This document shows positions 60,759 to 64,000 of a stretch of DNA of 64,000 nt, in pieces (position 1 is the first letter of the stretch; every line of letters begins with the position of its first letter). The notes under the pieces were generated by a model, which saw only the letters and a program-made list of their open reading frames with translations, was not told the origin of the DNA and made no database searches. The translations under genes and the position numbers were made by a program. The stretch is from Eledone cirrhosa (Eukaryota). The stretch covers positions 28,210,001 through 28,274,000 of the forward strand of contig OZ024758.1 in NCBI GenBank assembly GCA_964016885.1. Reading direction: 5' to 3'.

Positions 60759-61110
60759 TTGTTTCGACACACGATTTCATATAAAAAACCTCGCAAAACT
60801 AATTCATCGCCGCTATAAAGATATACATATATACAAACTAGACAAAGTCATAGATATATATATATGTAGAAGTTACATTTAATTTGTTGGGATACAACAA
60901 GCAAATATTAGCAACTATCCAGGAGCTTCCAACCGACATGGTCGCATTCTTTAAGGGTATGTCAATATTTGTTTATAAAACTGATCTATATTATATTTTA
61001 TCTGATGTAAGCGCACCATAATTTGCGTTGGTGTCCTTGAAATATATATAATGAAATAAATATGGTTTTATAAATATAGTTTCCATTTGTTAATATATTG
61101 TATATATATA

Positions 61111-61155
<45 letters not shown>

Positions 61156-61158
<3 letters not shown>

Positions 61159-62339
61159 TTTGGCAACCATTCACGATGTGGCTCAATGATGAATGAATTA
61201 ATTAAATAATCAGAGCAATATACTATAAAATATGTCCATAGAATCATTTGATAAGATATATACACCATTTCCTCTCCCAATTAGCATAATCAACCACACA
61301 AAAAAACAATTAAACCAGGCTATAAGATTAAAAGGCACCTATGATGAAATAATAGATAAATAAACGACAGCCATCTATTCGCGATCAACAGCTATAGATT
61401 ATTTACCCAGCATTTCAATAGCACGTGGAAATCGATTAAATATATCGTCAACCATACACAATTAGGTATAAAATTAAAGTTAGAAGAAAAACTGTATATA
61501 AACATACCAGGATTACGTTTCTACCCCTTAGGGTTTCATCCGCTTTTGGAAATATCCGATCAAGGATAAATTCTAGAGCTTCGAAATCATCAGGAAACAA
61601 ACTCACTTGGATGAAGATTTTTCTTAAATGATCCCCGCCAGAAACGAATTCAAAATGGCTAAGAACTGTAGCCTGGTTTAATTGTTTTTTTTTGTTTTTG
61701 TGTGGTTGATTATGCTAATTGGGAGAGAAAATGGTGTATATATCTTATCAAATGATCCTATGGACATATTTTATAGTATATTGCTCTGATTATTTAATTA
61801 ATTAATTCATCATTGAGGCACATCATGAATGGTTGCCAAAAACATTTAGGCAATATTAGGCAGCGCTTTCTAGCAGCCAGCCCACTCGCTACAGTTCTTA
61901 GCCATTTTGAATTCGTTTCTGGCGGGGATCATTTAAGAAAAATCTTCATCCAAGTGAGTTTGTTTCCTGATGATTTTGAAGCTCAAGAATTTATCCTTGA
62001 TCGGATATTTCCAAAAGCGAATGAAACCCTAAGGGGTAGAAACGTAATCCTGGTATGTTTATATACAGTTTTTCTTCTAACTTTAATTTTATACCTAATT
62101 GTGTATGGTTGACGATATATTTAATCGATTTCCACATGCTATTGAAATGCTGGGTAAATATTCTATAGCTGTTGATCGCGAATAGATGGCTGTCGTTTAT
62201 TTATCTATTATTTCTTCATAGGTGCCTTTTAATCTTATAGCCTGGTTTAATTGTTTTTTTTTGTGTGGTTGATTATGCTAATTGGGAGAGGAAATGGAGT
62301 ATATATCTTATCAAATGATTCTATGGACATATTTTATAG

Positions 62340-62343
<4 letters not shown>
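61156..62343. repeat. Nested inverted repeat X-Y-X'-spacer-Y'-X'
   Basis: X is about 61156-61322 and Y about 61323-61670. rc(X) is about 61668-61843, rc(Y) about 61888-62237, and a partial rc(X) about 62238-62343. TA runs lie on both sides. Confidence 0.9.
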
Positions 62344-62410
<67 letters not shown>

Positions 62411-62801
62411 ATATACATATATAAGATAAAGTAATTCACTTTCGCCAATTTGTGGCAGATTCTCTTTCATGGTAAAATGTAATGTACTCATTTTTCTAGC
62501 TTTCTAACATCCGCTTATTCCATAGTCCTTCCAAACCTATTTCCTCCTGTATTTTCCAAAACAAATCTCTTGTATTTTGTCCTTATTGTAAAATACGGAA
62601 GTTTTTGGCGTATCTTACTAAACAAATCTTGTATTTTTGTTTACGTTCGTAAAATACTAGGATCTAACTTAAACCTATTCTTCTCGCTAACAACTCAACA
62701 CCCCTCCCTCCCACCCCCACGCACCACCATTATTATCACGTGGACCAATCATAAGCCAGAGGCCTATACTATCGCTTACCTGGTCGCCTTCGGTATGTAG
62801 G

Positions 62802-64000
62802 ATGGAAGGACTACGGAGTTCCGGAGAGTTGAAGAGAGAAAAATCTGGACGCTCAGCGACAATGCCAAAGTTAAAGAGAAACACACCTCGTGGACGAGAA
62901 TGCGAACATGCCTCTTTGTTTCGGCCGCGGATGGCTAACACAACCCCATCTCCCCCCTCTCCCCACCTTTCCCACCCCCCAAACGCAATCCAAAACTTCA
63001 GATTTGGTACCTTGAATGTAGGCACCTTAAAGGGTCGCTCTAACGAGGTTGTAGAAATGCTTGAACGTAAGGAGGTCGATGTTTGTTGTATTCAAGAGAC
63101 CAGGTGGAGGAGTGGATCTGCTAGATTCATTGTGGGTAGAAAACGATGCTATAAGCTTTTCTGGGTGGGAAATGACAATGGGCTGGGTGGGGTAGGAATC
63201 ATGGTAGCAGAAAAGTGGGCAGATAAGATAATAGACGTAAATAGAGTGAACGACAGAATAATTAAAATAAGACTTGTCCTCAATAGAACCACGGTGACAG
63301 TAATATCCGCGTACGCACCCCAATCCGGACTGCCCAGCACTATAAAAGACAGATTCTATGAGACACTGATGCTCACTACCTCCCAAATAACCGACAGTGA
63401 CTATATAATTATTGCAGGCGACCTAAACGGTCACGTTGGACAACATTGTGACGGCTACGACGAAATCCATGGAGGCTATGGGTTTGGTACTAGAAATGAG
63501 GAAGGCTCCAGAATCCTGGAATTCTGTGATGCAAATAACCTAACTATCTGCAACACTAACTTCAAAAAACGAGACAATCACTTGATCACCTACAGATCAG
63601 GGGAACATACCAGCCAGGTAGATTATATCCTTACCAGAAGACGTGACAAAGTGACTGTTGTAAACACTAAATCCCTCCCCTATGAAGAATGCACCTCCCA
63701 ACATAGACTGATAATTAGCGACCTAATAGTCAGGACGAGACGTACTAGGCAACAGAAGAGGACTACCCTCAGGAGAAAAATATGGAAGCTAAAGGACCCC
63801 ACAGCCAAAAATAAATTCCAAAGCATATTACTTGATGCTTTCGACAGTAAGGAAGAGCAAATAGAGTCGTACAAGGTAGAGGAACAGTGGGAATTCCTGA
63901 AAGCAAACCTGCTGACGGCGACAGACGAAGTCTGTGGCTGGAGCAGGCCTGTAGGCAGGAGGAGAGTAACATGGTGGTGGAACAGTAAGGTGGAGGGGTC
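62802..64000 (+). CDS. Uninterrupted N-terminal part of an RTE family-A-related LINE ORF (APE endonuclease plus linker), running off the window
   Basis: Translated by hand with no stop from 62691 to 64000. In-frame ATGs at 62802, 62862 and 62931. APE motifs GTLNVGTL, CCIQETRW, GVGI, SAYAPQ, AGDLNGHVG, QVDYIL, TSQHRL, then TWWWN. Absent from the ORF track, probably because no stop codon lies in the window. Confidence 0.92.
   Translation, partial: MEGLRSSGELKREKSGRSATMPKLKRNTPRGRECEHASLFRPRMANTTPSPPSPHLSHPPNAIQNFRFGTLNVGTLKGRSNEVVEMLERKEVDVCCIQETRWRSGSARFIVGRKRCYKLFWVGNDNGLGGVGIMVAEKWADKIIDVNRVNDRIIKIRLVLNRTTVTVISAYAPQSGLPSTIKDRFYETLMLTTSQITDSDYIIIAGDLNGHVGQHCDGYDEIHGGYGFGTRNEEGSRILEFCDANNLTICNTNFKKRDNHLITYRSGEHTSQVDYILTRRRDKVTVVNTKSLPYEECTSQHRLIISDLIVRTRRTRQQKRTTLRRKIWKLKDPTAKNKFQSILLDAFDSKEEQIESYKVEEQWEFLKANLLTATDEVCGWSRPVGRRRVTWWWNSKVEG

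Overview
Repeat-dense eukaryotic genomic DNA with a 200-N scaffold gap. The repeat content resembles a cephalopod (octopod) genome, which is an inference. No host protein-coding gene can be supported; most long ORFs in the track are translations of TA, CT or GAT microsatellites. Contents: (1) several RTE-clade LINEs of at least two families, namely a 5'-truncated copy with a PHD-like finger inside its RT (177-2833), an uninterrupted 5' portion running off the window end (ORF from 62802, missing from the ORF track), a decayed copy and 3'-end fragments; (2) about 11 kb of interrupted (TA)n containing a ~560-bp internally deleted RTE-like element; (3) a ~24.5-kb array of 71-bp monomers; (4) a full-length Buster-type hAT transposon with perfect TIRs, TSD and an open transposase; (5) MITEs, SINEs, CRE-like remnants, minisatellites and nested inverted repeats. 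The main finding is that the 71-bp monomer reads, on the minus strand, as the C-terminal codons of a decayed RTE LINE whose upstream part still flanks the array. The satellite therefore appears to have arisen in place from a LINE 3' end. A different RTE later inserted into the array and was duplicated with flanking monomers as a 2652-bp unit.
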